From: Candidatus Heimdallarchaeota archaeon
GTDB lineage: Archaea > Asgardarchaeota > Heimdallarchaeia > Hodarchaeales > Hodarchaeaceae
NCBI GenBank assembly: GCA_020353515.1
Contig: CP070695.1
Coordinates: forward strand, 3,257,532-3,321,531
DNA: 64,000 nt
Reading direction: 5' to 3'
In this document: in pieces, positions 47,796 through 57,714 of the stretch
Position numbering within the stretch: position 1 is the first letter of the stretch
How the letters are laid out: each line of letters starts with the position of its first letter
Program-made: the position numbers and the translations under genes
Notes under the pieces: generated by a model
Told to the model about the DNA's origin: nothing
Databases searched by the model: none
The model's input: the letters and a program-made list of their open reading frames with translations, nothing else

Positions 47796-48521
47796 GTGGA
47801 AGCTTACTATGACCAACCTGGACAAGTAATTCAGGTTATTGAAGCATTGGCAGACCCTACACGGCGCAGAATGTTGCTCCTTATGTACAGAAATCCTGCA
47901 GGGCTTACAGCATCAAATCTAGCAGACATGCTGCGAAAAAAAATCCCAACAATACTTCATCATCTTAAAAGCCTTGAAGAATTAGATTTAGCATATTATG
48001 ACATGCTAAAAATAGGGGGACAGCGGGAAGTAAAACATTGGAGAGTAAAGCATAAAAAATTCGTCATAGATATAGATATGGATAGTATCGCGTTACCAGA
48101 AGATTATATCATTGCTTTATTTGAGGATGAAAAGAGTAGAGCTGGAATGATAACAGAAGATTTTGGTAAAACGTTACATCCAGAAGAAATTAGAAATCGA
48201 CTTCAAGTTAAGCATCCAAACATAACAGATCGACAAGCAGAGATTATTAAAGGTCATTTGAGTCGAAAACGAGATTTGGAACACTATCTTCTCCAATGGA
48301 TTTATGGTGAGTTCGTTAATTCAGCTGGTGCTTTACAGTTGAATTTCTTTGAATTTGGCCAACATTTTGCATTAGATGAGAATTTGAGACGAGTATTGTT
48401 TGAAAAATTGATGGAATCTCAAAATTTCACTCCATATACTTACACCGAGAATGGCCAGGTCATTCAAAGAATGGCTCTCCGATCTGAGTACTTAAAATCC
48501 CATAAAGATTCAAGAATTTAG
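47796..48521 (+). CDS. ArsR-type winged HTH transcription regulator with C-terminal extension
   Basis: ALADPTRRRML..LTASNLADML..TILHHLKSLEELDL. Confidence 0.85.
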   Translation: MEAYYDQPGQVIQVIEALADPTRRRMLLLMYRNPAGLTASNLADMLRKKIPTILHHLKSLEELDLAYYDMLKIGGQREVKHWRVKHKKFVIDIDMDSIALPEDYIIALFEDEKSRAGMITEDFGKTLHPEEIRNRLQVKHPNITDRQAEIIKGHLSRKRDLEHYLLQWIYGEFVNSAGALQLNFFEFGQHFALDENLRRVLFEKLMESQNFTPYTYTENGQVIQRMALRSEYLKSHKDSRI

Positions 48522-48546
48522 TTTAAAGTTAATTGGAAGATAATTC

Positions 48547-49380
48547 TCAATCAGGACTCTTGTATATTCCTTTTAATTCAGCTATCCAGTTTAGCATTTC
48601 CTTATGTAATTTAGGTGCTGCAACAATTAACTGGTCAAACACTTGATCAGATGGATGGATTGGTTTTCCCTCTAGATTTGTGAATTTAAATCCGAGTCTA
48701 TCAAGAATTACCGCTGCTGCTGCAATATCCCAAAATTGTCCCTTTCTTCCAGCCCCCCAAAATAATCCTCCATCAAGAGTCCCTTGAGCAATCAACATTA
48801 AATGCTGTGATATCCCTCCACCAAGTCTATATGACCTTCCAATCTTTCCCGTTAAATCAGATGTAGCCAGTTCCTTTTTAAGAGGATCAGAAAGGCTACT
48901 TGAGAAATCGATGAGTAATCGAGCTTTTTTAATGGGACATGTTTTAGGAGAATGAAGAGTGTTTCCGTTTAGACGTACTTCTCCCCCTTTTGCAGCAGAA
49001 TAGAGCATATCAGTAAATGGATTATAAACCACACCTGCTAATACCCCTGATTTATCCCATGCTGCGACTGACATACTAACAAAGGCAAAGTTTCCTCTTA
49101 GAAATGCTTTTGTTCCATCTAAAGGATCAATGAACCAGATAATGTTATCTGGGAGTGCTTCAATGTCAATTTTCGATTCTTCTGCTTGAATAATATGATC
49201 AGGAAAATACATCAATATATGATTCTTGATTAATCGTTCAGATTCCATGTCAAAGCTTGTGACGACATCACTTTTACCTTTTCGGAAGATCTGAAGTCCT
49301 TCAAAAGACAATAAGCGAAGAAAAGATCCTGCCATCTTGGCTGCTTGTTCTGCAACTGTTTGAAGATCATCAATATTCAT
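48547..49380 (-). CDS. Inositol monophosphatase family protein (SuhB/CysQ-like)
   Basis: D..SE, AEES, WFIDPLDGT and WDIAAA; likely start ATG at 49380 after GAGGT (ORF track starts at 49416). Confidence 0.92.
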   Translation of the reverse strand: MNIDDLQTVAEQAAKMAGSFLRLLSFEGLQIFRKGKSDVVTSFDMESERLIKNHILMYFPDHIIQAEESKIDIEALPDNIIWFIDPLDGTKAFLRGNFAFVSMSVAAWDKSGVLAGVVYNPFTDMLYSAAKGGEVRLNGNTLHSPKTCPIKKARLLIDFSSSLSDPLKKELATSDLTGKIGRSYRLGGGISQHLMLIAQGTLDGGLFWGAGRKGQFWDIAAAAVILDRLGFKFTNLEGKPIHPSDQVFDQLIVAAPKLHKEMLNWIAELKGIYKSPD

Positions 49381-49390
49381 TATTGTTACC

Positions 49391-49789
49391 TCATTTCTCC
49401 AACTTAGCCAACTCAAAGCTTACTTGAGTACTCAAACCATCCAATAAAGGCATCACATCACCAACAGCACCAGGAGCAGCAGCTGCAACCATAAAAATTT
49501 CTTCTGCGACAGGTGCTATATAGCACTCTCTTTTTGGAGTACGAAAGATTAAAATATTGATATTCTCTTTAGTTCGATCATTAAACGAAGATTTTAACTC
49601 TTCAAACGCAATGAGTCCTAAAATATTTATCGATTCCATCTCAGCGGGATCACAAGTCGCTGTAGAATATAGCTCGAGTCCTTCACCTGTAATAATGGAA
49701 ATACACAATGGGATTTCTACATACTTACTGTCAAAGACCTTCTCAACGACGCTTATTGCTTTTTGGGCACTTTCAGACATAGTAATCAT
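49391..49789 (-). CDS. Roadblock/LAMTOR/MglB-like protein
   Basis: About 130 aa with an alpha-beta-beta-alpha-beta-beta-beta-alpha pattern (CISIITGEGLELYS; NILIFRT..CYIAPV..IFMVAAA). Confidence 0.7.
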   Translation of the reverse strand: MITMSESAQKAISVVEKVFDSKYVEIPLCISIITGEGLELYSTATCDPAEMESINILGLIAFEELKSSFNDRTKENINILIFRTPKRECYIAPVAEEIFMVAAAAPGAVGDVMPLLDGLSTQVSFELAKLEK

Positions 49790-50040
49790 CTCTTAGGAGA
49801 ATTTTGATAAAGAACATGACGACAACAGATTCTGTTTTCATTTTAAAGGAATTTTATCCCTTTTAGGAGATATTCTATCATATTTCGTTTGACTCAAAGG
49901 CGAAAGGTCTTTGATACTTGAAAAATATTTGCTATTTAAGCAATTAATCCTCAAATATTGACCCTAAAGTTTTTTTGTGAAATTTTTAGGGGCAAATGTA
50001 TAAGCAATACACCCATTTTTGCCAATTAATGTGATTTATT

Positions 50041-53000
50041 GTGAAATTTCCTACTTTACCAACTACTCCTGATCTTCCGACTCAAGAAGAAGCTATTTTC
50101 GACTTCTGGAGGAAAAATGAAATAGAAAAAAAGGTACAAGAAGCTTCGAAGGGGAATCCTCCATATGTTTTTGTAGAAGGGCCACCAACAGCCAATGGCC
50201 ACCCTCATATGGGTCATGCTTTAACCCGTGCTATAAAAGACGTCTTCTTACGTTATAAATCAATGACAGGCCACCATATTACTCCACGTATCGGTGGATG
50301 GGACTGTCACGGACTACCTGTCGAAATCGAAGTCGAAAAAGAATTAGGATTGGAGGGTAAAGAAGATATTGAAGCTTATGGTATTGAAAAATTTAATGCT
50401 AAGTGTCGAGAATCTGTTTTGCGATATGTCAATGAATGGGAGGAAATGTCCACAAGAATTGGATTTCATCTTGATATGCCAAGATCTTATATTACCATGT
50501 CAGAAGAGTACATTGAGTCCGTGTGGTGGTCATTAAAGGAAATTTATAAAAAGAAACTATTATTCAAGGGACATAAAGTTATTCCTTACTGCACCAGATG
50601 TGGTACCCCAATTTCGTCTCATGAAGTCGCTCAAGGATACCAAGAAACACAGGATCCAAGTATTTATATTAAATTTAAAGTTAAGGGAGAAAAAAATCGC
50701 TATTTTCTTGCCTGGACTACCACTCCATGGACCCTCTTATCGAACCTTGTATTAGCAATCGCTAAAGATGAATCCTATGTTGAAGTAGAACATGAAAATG
50801 AATCTCTTATTTTTGCTAAAAAATTATTGTCTCCTGTTTTTCCAGAGGGAAAATCAATCATTCGAGAGTATAAAGGAGAAGAGCTAGTTGGAATGGAATA
50901 TGAAGCACTCTTCCCATATACCGCTCTCAAAAAAAAGGGAAAAGCTCATTTTGTAACTGATGCCGACTTTGTTTTAATGGATGAAGGTACAGGTATTGTT
51001 CATTGTGCCCCCGCTTTTGGTGTTGAAGATTATGAACTCTGCCAGGAGATCGGAGTAGAAATGTTCAATCCAGTCTTAGAAAATGGTACTTTTATTGAGG
51101 AAATGCCTGATTTCGGGGGTATGCACGTTAAAGAAGCAGATCCTCACATCATGGAGAAGCTGCGTCAAGAAAATAAACTCTTACGTGAAAAAACAATCAC
51201 TCATACCTACCCGTTTTGCTGGAGATGTGATTCTCCGTTACTTTATTACGCTATTGAATCATGGTTCATCGGAATGAGCCAATTACGGAAACGAATTCAA
51301 GAATTAAACCAACAAATACGATGGATGCCTAAACACCTGAAAGATGGACGATTTGGCAATTTTCTTGATGAGCTTAAAGACTGGGCTCTCTCCCGTTCTC
51401 GTTATTGGGGAACACCTCTTCCTATCTGGACTTGTGATAATGGCCATGAATTTGCTATTGGTAGCAGGGAAGAACTTGACAAATTGACCGAGGGAGGTCT
51501 TCCAGATAATTTTTCGCTTCATAAACCTTATGTTGACCAGATTACTGTCAAATGTCCCTCCTGTAAAGCTAATTCTACTCGAGAAGAATACGTAATTGAT
51601 TGTTGGTATGATTCGGGAGCTGCACCATTTGCTCAGTGGCACTACCCTTTCGAAAATAAAGAAGAATTTAACAATCATTTTCCAGTCGATTTTATAACCG
51701 AAGCTATTGATCAAACACGGGGATGGTTCTATTCGCTTCATGCGATTTCAACAGTGGTTTTTGATTCCGTTTCGTTTAAAACATGTCTAACTATGGGTCA
51801 TACCCAAGATGAGGAGGGAAAGAAGATGTCAAAGTCAAAGGGAAACGTTATTGCCCCAAAATTAGTTTTTGAAAAATACGGAGCTGATCCTGCCCGCTGG
51901 ATGCTTTTCAGCACTCCCGCATGGAATGATGTCCGTTTTGGATTGAACCTTGTCGAAGAGAGTATGAAAGATTTTATTCTCCCATTATGGAATGTGCTAT
52001 TATTCTATGTAACCTATGCAAATCTTGACCAATATTCCCCAAATGACAAGAAATATCAAATTTCGTCAGAAGGTCGCCCTATTATAGATCAATGGATTCT
52101 TTCACGATACCATAACACCCTTAAAGATTTTCACCAAGGTTTTGATGATCTTTCAATCCATCAAGTCATCAAATCCCTCCAAAACTTTCTTAATAGTGAT
52201 CTCTCCAATTTATGGATTCGGCAATCGCGTCGACGATTCTGGGAGAAAGAATTGAGTCTTTCCAAGAAATCTGCTTATTCCACCCTTTATGAAATCCTTC
52301 ATTCACTAGCGATAACTCTTGCTCCAATTTTACCTTACTTAAGTGAGAAAATGTATCAAGTTCTGATAATTAGTCAAGGACTTGGACTAGAGAGCGTCCA
52401 CTTAGAAAGACTTCCAGAACCAAATGAAAATCTGATAAATTCCAAGATTGAAAACTTAGTAAAAATAACACGAGATGCTATAACAAATGGACGAGCTATT
52501 CGTGCGCAAAAAGGATTGAAAGCTAGATGGCCATTACCCCAGGTTATTTTTGTTTCTAATGAAGAAGGAAAAGAGGCTCTTATTACATTAAAGAATCTTA
52601 TCCTTCAAGAACTCAATGTTAAAGATATGACCTTTACTAAGGATCCCTTGGAGTTCCAAGAGATAATTTTCTCCCCCAACTTCAAACAGCTAGGACCTAA
52701 ATTCAAAAAGAAAGCTAACACGGTCGCAACTTGGATGAGGAGCCAAAAAGGCCAAAAAGCGAAAGAAATTGCTGATCAAATCACACGAAAAGGAAGTTAT
52801 CACATGACAATTGCGGGAGAAGCTTTTGAAATCAGTACAGATGATCTGGAAATCAAAATTACTGAGCGAGAGGGGTACAGTGGTTCTTCTTTTAGTCATG
52901 GTGATCTTTTTCTGAACTTAGAACTAACAGATGAGCTAATTAACGAAGGATTCGTTCGTGATCTAATTCGTCGAATTCAATCGATGAGAAAGGATATGGA

Positions 53001-53211
53001 ACTTGAATACGACGCGGAAATACTAGTAAATATTTCTAAAGCTGACCCAAAAATCATGGAAGTCATCAACAACTATTCCACATTGATTAAAGAAGAGGTT
53101 TTAGCACTAAAAATAGATTTTCAGACATCACAAGAAGGGTTCACAAAAGCGTGGATTATTCAAGACCCTCATGAGAATATAAGAGAGATTACAATCAATA
53201 TTCAAAAATGA
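50041..53211 (+). CDS. ileS: Isoleucyl-tRNA synthetase (type 2, archaeal/eukaryotic)
   Basis: EGPPTANGHPHMGH, GWDCHGLP, AWTTTPWTL, GTGIVH, SRSRYWG, KMSKS and C-terminal EGFVRDLIRRIQSMRK. Confidence 0.97.
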   Translation: MKFPTLPTTPDLPTQEEAIFDFWRKNEIEKKVQEASKGNPPYVFVEGPPTANGHPHMGHALTRAIKDVFLRYKSMTGHHITPRIGGWDCHGLPVEIEVEKELGLEGKEDIEAYGIEKFNAKCRESVLRYVNEWEEMSTRIGFHLDMPRSYITMSEEYIESVWWSLKEIYKKKLLFKGHKVIPYCTRCGTPISSHEVAQGYQETQDPSIYIKFKVKGEKNRYFLAWTTTPWTLLSNLVLAIAKDESYVEVEHENESLIFAKKLLSPVFPEGKSIIREYKGEELVGMEYEALFPYTALKKKGKAHFVTDADFVLMDEGTGIVHCAPAFGVEDYELCQEIGVEMFNPVLENGTFIEEMPDFGGMHVKEADPHIMEKLRQENKLLREKTITHTYPFCWRCDSPLLYYAIESWFIGMSQLRKRIQELNQQIRWMPKHLKDGRFGNFLDELKDWALSRSRYWGTPLPIWTCDNGHEFAIGSREELDKLTEGGLPDNFSLHKPYVDQITVKCPSCKANSTREEYVIDCWYDSGAAPFAQWHYPFENKEEFNNHFPVDFITEAIDQTRGWFYSLHAISTVVFDSVSFKTCLTMGHTQDEEGKKMSKSKGNVIAPKLVFEKYGADPARWMLFSTPAWNDVRFGLNLVEESMKDFILPLWNVLLFYVTYANLDQYSPNDKKYQISSEGRPIIDQWILSRYHNTLKDFHQGFDDLSIHQVIKSLQNFLNSDLSNLWIRQSRRRFWEKELSLSKKSAYSTLYEILHSLAITLAPILPYLSEKMYQVLIISQGLGLESVHLERLPEPNENLINSKIENLVKITRDAITNGRAIRAQKGLKARWPLPQVIFVSNEEGKEALITLKNLILQELNVKDMTFTKDPLEFQEIIFSPNFKQLGPKFKKKANTVATWMRSQKGQKAKEIADQITRKGSYHMTIAGEAFEISTDDLEIKITEREGYSGSSFSHGDLFLNLELTDELINEGFVRDLIRRIQSMRKDMELEYDAEILVNISKADPKIMEVINNYSTLIKEEVLALKIDFQTSQEGFTKAWIIQDPHENIREITINIQK

Positions 53212-53315
53212 ATCTCATCAATTTCTTGCTTTATTACCAAATATTCGGAGACGAGAATTTATTAAATCTAGATAAACGGTTCTTCATGAATCTATAATAG
53301 TGATGTGAACATTCT

Positions 53316-55088
53316 GTGGAGTCTAATGAATTAAGAAGGATTTTTCTTCAATTTTTCAAAGAAAAAGATCATATTATCATCCCCTCAGCATCAGTTATGC
53401 CTGAAAACGACCCCACAGTCCTTTTTACCACAGCAGGGATGCATCCATTACAAGTATACTTGATGGGGCAACCCCATCCTGCAGGAAAACGACTTGTAAA
53501 TTGTCAAAAATGTGTCCGTACTGGAGATATAGATGATGTAGGAGATCCTACTCACTTAACATTTTTTGAGATGTTAGGGAATTGGTCTCTTGGGGATTAC
53601 TTTAAAAAAGAAGCTATCGCGATGAGTTGGGAATTTCTGACTGATACTCGGTGGTTAGGATTAGATCCTGAAAAATTGTCTGTAACTGTTTTCGCAGGAG
53701 ATGAGGAAGTTCCCCGTGATGAAGAATCAGCAAATTACTGGCGAGAGATAGGCATACCTGATGAAAGGATTTATTACCTCTCACGAGAAGAGAATTGGTG
53801 GGGGCCTGCAGGAGATACGGGTCCCTGTGGCCCTGATACGGAAATGTTCTATGATACAGGTAAGAAACCTTGTTCTGAAGCATGTAGACCTGGTTGTCAC
53901 TGTGGGAAATTTTTCGAAATTTGGAACGATGTCTTCATGAGCTATAACAAGAAAGCTGATGGGACTTATGAAAAACTCAAACAACACAATGTTGATACTG
54001 GAATGGGGATTGAACGAACAGTTGCTGTTCTAAATGGAATGCAGAGTGTATTTGAAATAGATTCTTACGCCCCATTAGTAAAACGAGTAATAAAGCTTGC
54101 CCGAATCAAGGAACAACTAGACCAAGACCAACAAAAAGCTATCCGTATTATTGTTGATCATATTAGAGCTGCTACGTTCATTTTAGGAGATGATAAACAC
54201 CTTCCCCCCTCTAATCTAGGGCAGGGATATGTATTAAGACGTTTGATACGGCGAATTATTCGTCAAGGGAATTTACTAAATATAAAACAACAATTTCTTC
54301 CAGAATTAGCACATCTCGTTATCGATATGAGTAAAGAGACATATCCTGAGCTGCAGCGTAATAAAGACTTTATTATCAAGAATCTTACACAGGAAGAGCA
54401 GAAATTTTCTAAAGCACTACGCCGTGGCTTACGAAAATTCAACCAAATCTTTAAAGAAAAAGAAACCATCACTGGAGAAGATGCTTTCCTATTATTCACC
54501 TCATTTGGCTTCCCACTTGAAATCACGTCTGAATTAGCTGCTGAGAAAGGTATTTTTATCGATTTGAAGGTTTTTAAAGAAGAATTTGAGCGCCATAGAG
54601 AACTTTCTAGACAAGCAACGGCTGGGACATTTCAAAGTGGACTTGCAGATCACACGGAAAGAACAACACGACTACATACTGCAACACATCTGCTCCAACA
54701 AGCTCTTCGAGAAGTACTAGGGGATCATGTAGAACAAAAAGGAAGTAATATTACTCCTGAACGGACTAGGTTTGACTTTAGTCATCCTAAAACCTTGACA
54801 ACTGATGAACTCAAAAGAGTTGAAGCTTTGGTAAACCAAAAGATCAAGGAGGCACTTCCTGTAAGTAAAGAGATAATGACACCTCAAGAAGCAAAAAAGC
54901 AGGGAGCTCTTGGATTTTTTGAGGAACGATACAAAGGTAAAGTCTCTGTGTACTCTGTTGGAAATTTTTCCAAAGAAGTTTGCACTGGACCTCATGTTTC
55001 AAATACAAAGGAAATAGGTAATTTTAGAATTCAAAAGCAAAAAAATATTGGTGTTGGGCTAATGCGGATCAGGGCAAGCGTTGATTAA
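53316..55088 (+). CDS. alaS: Alanyl-tRNA synthetase, short form lacking the C-Ala domain
   Basis: DPTVLFTTAGM, HLTFFEMLGNWS, GPCGP, DTGMGIER, DHIRA and editing motifs HTATH and CTGPH. Confidence 0.95.
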   Translation: MESNELRRIFLQFFKEKDHIIIPSASVMPENDPTVLFTTAGMHPLQVYLMGQPHPAGKRLVNCQKCVRTGDIDDVGDPTHLTFFEMLGNWSLGDYFKKEAIAMSWEFLTDTRWLGLDPEKLSVTVFAGDEEVPRDEESANYWREIGIPDERIYYLSREENWWGPAGDTGPCGPDTEMFYDTGKKPCSEACRPGCHCGKFFEIWNDVFMSYNKKADGTYEKLKQHNVDTGMGIERTVAVLNGMQSVFEIDSYAPLVKRVIKLARIKEQLDQDQQKAIRIIVDHIRAATFILGDDKHLPPSNLGQGYVLRRLIRRIIRQGNLLNIKQQFLPELAHLVIDMSKETYPELQRNKDFIIKNLTQEEQKFSKALRRGLRKFNQIFKEKETITGEDAFLLFTSFGFPLEITSELAAEKGIFIDLKVFKEEFERHRELSRQATAGTFQSGLADHTERTTRLHTATHLLQQALREVLGDHVEQKGSNITPERTRFDFSHPKTLTTDELKRVEALVNQKIKEALPVSKEIMTPQEAKKQGALGFFEERYKGKVSVYSVGNFSKEVCTGPHVSNTKEIGNFRIQKQKNIGVGLMRIRASVD

Positions 55089-55924
55089 ACATCGCTTGGT
55101 TTAACTAAGGGGATTCGCCAGTCAATATTTGGTGTTCTTATTCCTAGCTTGAAAATAAGTGGGCCTCGTCGTTTATGTTCACTTTGATATAGCATTGATC
55201 GTACTCTTTTTACCTCTGTGATGGGAATCTGAAGATAGTCAGCGACTTCTACCTCAGTTTGAAACCGTTCCAATCCATATAGAATATTATCAAGTTGTAG
55301 ATAAGACATACCTATCTCTGCTTCGTCAGTTTGTCCCTCCCATAATCCTGCTGACGGTGCTTTAGTAAGAATACAATCTGGTATATTCAAATATTTTCCT
55401 AATTGCATCACATGGGTTTTATAAACGTCTCCAATGGGTAGTATATCAACAGCACCATCCCCAAACTTTGTGAAATAACCAATCATTATCTCACTTTTAT
55501 TTCCAGCTCCACACACTAGATAATTGAATCTATTTGCATAGAAATAAAAAATTGCTTGACGAATACGGGGTTTAAAGTTAGCCCATCTTAATATTGATGA
55601 ATCCTCTTTCTCTTGTACTTCTTCAGAAAATCTATCGATCAGTTTTTGAATATTAATTTCCGTTAATTTTACCCCTAATTGAGAGCATAGTGATTTGACA
55701 TCTCCTATATCAGAACTTGGCGTTGTTGCACTGGGTAAAAAAAAAGTAAGAACGTTTTTTGGTTTTAAAGCACGAACAGCGATCGAAGCGACTACTGCAG
55801 AATCAATTCCACCACTTAATCCGATTATTACTCCTTTCGTACCCGATTCAGTTACGCGAGTCCTAATAAAATCTTCAATTAGTCTTATTGTATGGGGAGC
55901 ATCAATTGGAGGAATTTTATTCAT
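55085..55924 (-). CDS. nadE: NAD+ synthetase (synthetase domain only)
   Basis: GLSGGIDS, GNKSE..GYFTKFGDG, PIGDVYKT and PSAGLWEGQTDE. Confidence 0.95.
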   Translation of the reverse strand: MNKIPPIDAPHTIRLIEDFIRTRVTESGTKGVIIGLSGGIDSAVVASIAVRALKPKNVLTFFLPSATTPSSDIGDVKSLCSQLGVKLTEINIQKLIDRFSEEVQEKEDSSILRWANFKPRIRQAIFYFYANRFNYLVCGAGNKSEIMIGYFTKFGDGAVDILPIGDVYKTHVMQLGKYLNIPDCILTKAPSAGLWEGQTDEAEIGMSYLQLDNILYGLERFQTEVEVADYLQIPITEVKRVRSMLYQSEHKRRGPLIFKLGIRTPNIDWRIPLVKPSDV

Positions 55925-55941
55925 TCATCTAATCTCCATTA

Positions 55942-56769
55942 CTAGAGTTCCTGACTTTCGTCTCCTAACTTTGAATAAATCCATGGTGGTACATCTCTAA
56001 GAGTAGGAACAAAAGGCCTAGATGTACGTATATCAGTATCTAATTGTGCAATCCCAAAATCAGGTTCATCATACTTGAGTTTTAGGATTTGTTTACCTGT
56101 TGCATTGCGAATTTCTGAGCCTCCCCAGAATATCAAATCATCTTGGATTCCTGACTGGTTGACATATACCACATTAATTGTGTTTTCCATTGCCCGAGTT
56201 GGTAAAAACGATTCAAAATATTGCCTTCGTACTCCAGGTGAGGCAGAAATACAAATACTTGTGTGCGCTCCTAATAAAGCGTGAGCACGTGTAATTTCTG
56301 GACTAAATAGATCATAACAAATTTGCAATCCAATTTTTCCAAATGGACTTTCAACAACATCGATTGTGGTTGCACTTCTAAAATATCGTCTCTCATTAAA
56401 GACAGAATGATTAGGGATGAATATTTTCCTGCCTTTTCCTAAGAATCCTTCTGGCCCAAAGAATGCAGCTGTATTATATAATACACCAGGAACAGATTTT
56501 TCTGGTATTCCTACAATAAGATAACAGTTACTTGTTTTAGCTATTTTTGCTATCTTCTGGCTAAGTGGGCCTGTAGGAATCTCCTCTGCTAAATTGAATA
56601 CATCATCATGCATGAGATAACCTGTAACTGCAAGTTCGGGGAAAACTACAATCGTATTTGGATCAGTGGCCACTTCTTTTTTTTGACAAATAGATGCTAT
56701 TTTTTTCAAATTGAAATCAGGATCTGCTTGGTGTGACTGTATTTGAGCAGCAGCAATGTTATATTTCAT
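55942..56769 (-). CDS. Carbon-nitrogen hydrolase (nitrilase superfamily); candidate glutaminase subunit for NadE
   Basis: Glu-Lys-Cys triad: FPELAVTGY, RKIFIPN..FNERRYF, ICYD; also SASP; lies 17 nt upstream of nadE. Confidence 0.9.
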   Translation of the reverse strand: MKYNIAAAQIQSHQADPDFNLKKIASICQKKEVATDPNTIVVFPELAVTGYLMHDDVFNLAEEIPTGPLSQKIAKIAKTSNCYLIVGIPEKSVPGVLYNTAAFFGPEGFLGKGRKIFIPNHSVFNERRYFRSATTIDVVESPFGKIGLQICYDLFSPEITRAHALLGAHTSICISASPGVRRQYFESFLPTRAMENTINVVYVNQSGIQDDLIFWGGSEIRNATGKQILKLKYDEPDFGIAQLDTDIRTSRPFVPTLRDVPPWIYSKLGDESQEL

Positions 56770-56794
56770 TTATATCACAAATATTCTTACTTTA

Positions 56795-57697
56795 TCATAT
56801 GTACACATTTTTCTTCAAATAATCACGTATCTTTCTGTACCCAATAAGCTTCAAATTATGGTCTTTGATGTACTTCTTGATACGTTTATCAGTGAAAGCC
56901 ATATAGTCTTGATCTCGCCATACTCCAGAATCAGGGGTGATACTTTCAAGTTCAGAACTCATTTTAGCAGGATGAAATAGAAAGTGGGTTAATCCAGGTT
57001 TAATCTCAGCCATCCTATCACAATAGTATTGTACCTTGTCAGGTTGTTCTCCGCCAGTATTGATGATAATCTGATCTAGCAATACCGTTCCACTTGCTTC
57101 AAGTTCAGGAAGGAGCCCCAGATACATATCCGCATATTCAGCAAAACCCAGTTCAACGATTTCTTCCCGTGATAAACGAGGTATGAAAGCTGGAATTTTA
57201 AATTCGGAAGCTAGTTTCAGATATGCCTGTATGAACTTAGGATCCAAAACTGTTCCCATATGAGTATCAATGTGAGTAACATCAATTCCATGATCCAAAG
57301 CTCGCTGAATTTGTGTCCGCATCTCCTGTTCAGCTGCTTCAGGTGTTACATACATAATAGCTTCTTCTGCAGTTCTCCATAAACATCCTTCATCATCTAA
57401 TAATCCTGTATCTTGGTCAACAGTGCTCAATGCTCGCCAACGATAAAGATTATATTCACATGTAAGTGTGAGATGAACTCCCATGTCATATTTTGGATTA
57501 TTTCTGCAAATGGATGCTGTTTCTAAAAACCAAGGAGATGGAACGATAACAGAACCACAAGTAGCAACTCCAAAATCTAAACATTCAAAAGAGGCGATAT
57601 TTGACGCATGTGAGAAGCCCACGTCATCCATGTGAAAAATAACAACTTTATCAGTTGGAGAAAAACCTAATTTTTCGGTTATAGTCTGATCACGCAC
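56795..57697 (-). CDS. YdjC/ChbG family carbohydrate deacetylase
   Basis: HMDDVG, GVHLTL, THIDTHMG and FHP. Confidence 0.9.
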   Translation of the reverse strand: MRDQTITEKLGFSPTDKVVIFHMDDVGFSHASNIASFECLDFGVATCGSVIVPSPWFLETASICRNNPKYDMGVHLTLTCEYNLYRWRALSTVDQDTGLLDDEGCLWRTAEEAIMYVTPEAAEQEMRTQIQRALDHGIDVTHIDTHMGTVLDPKFIQAYLKLASEFKIPAFIPRLSREEIVELGFAEYADMYLGLLPELEASGTVLLDQIIINTGGEQPDKVQYYCDRMAEIKPGLTHFLFHPAKMSSELESITPDSGVWRDQDYMAFTDKRIKKYIKDHNLKLIGYRKIRDYLKKNVYI

Positions 57698-57714
57698 GTT
57701 TTAGCCACCTATTA

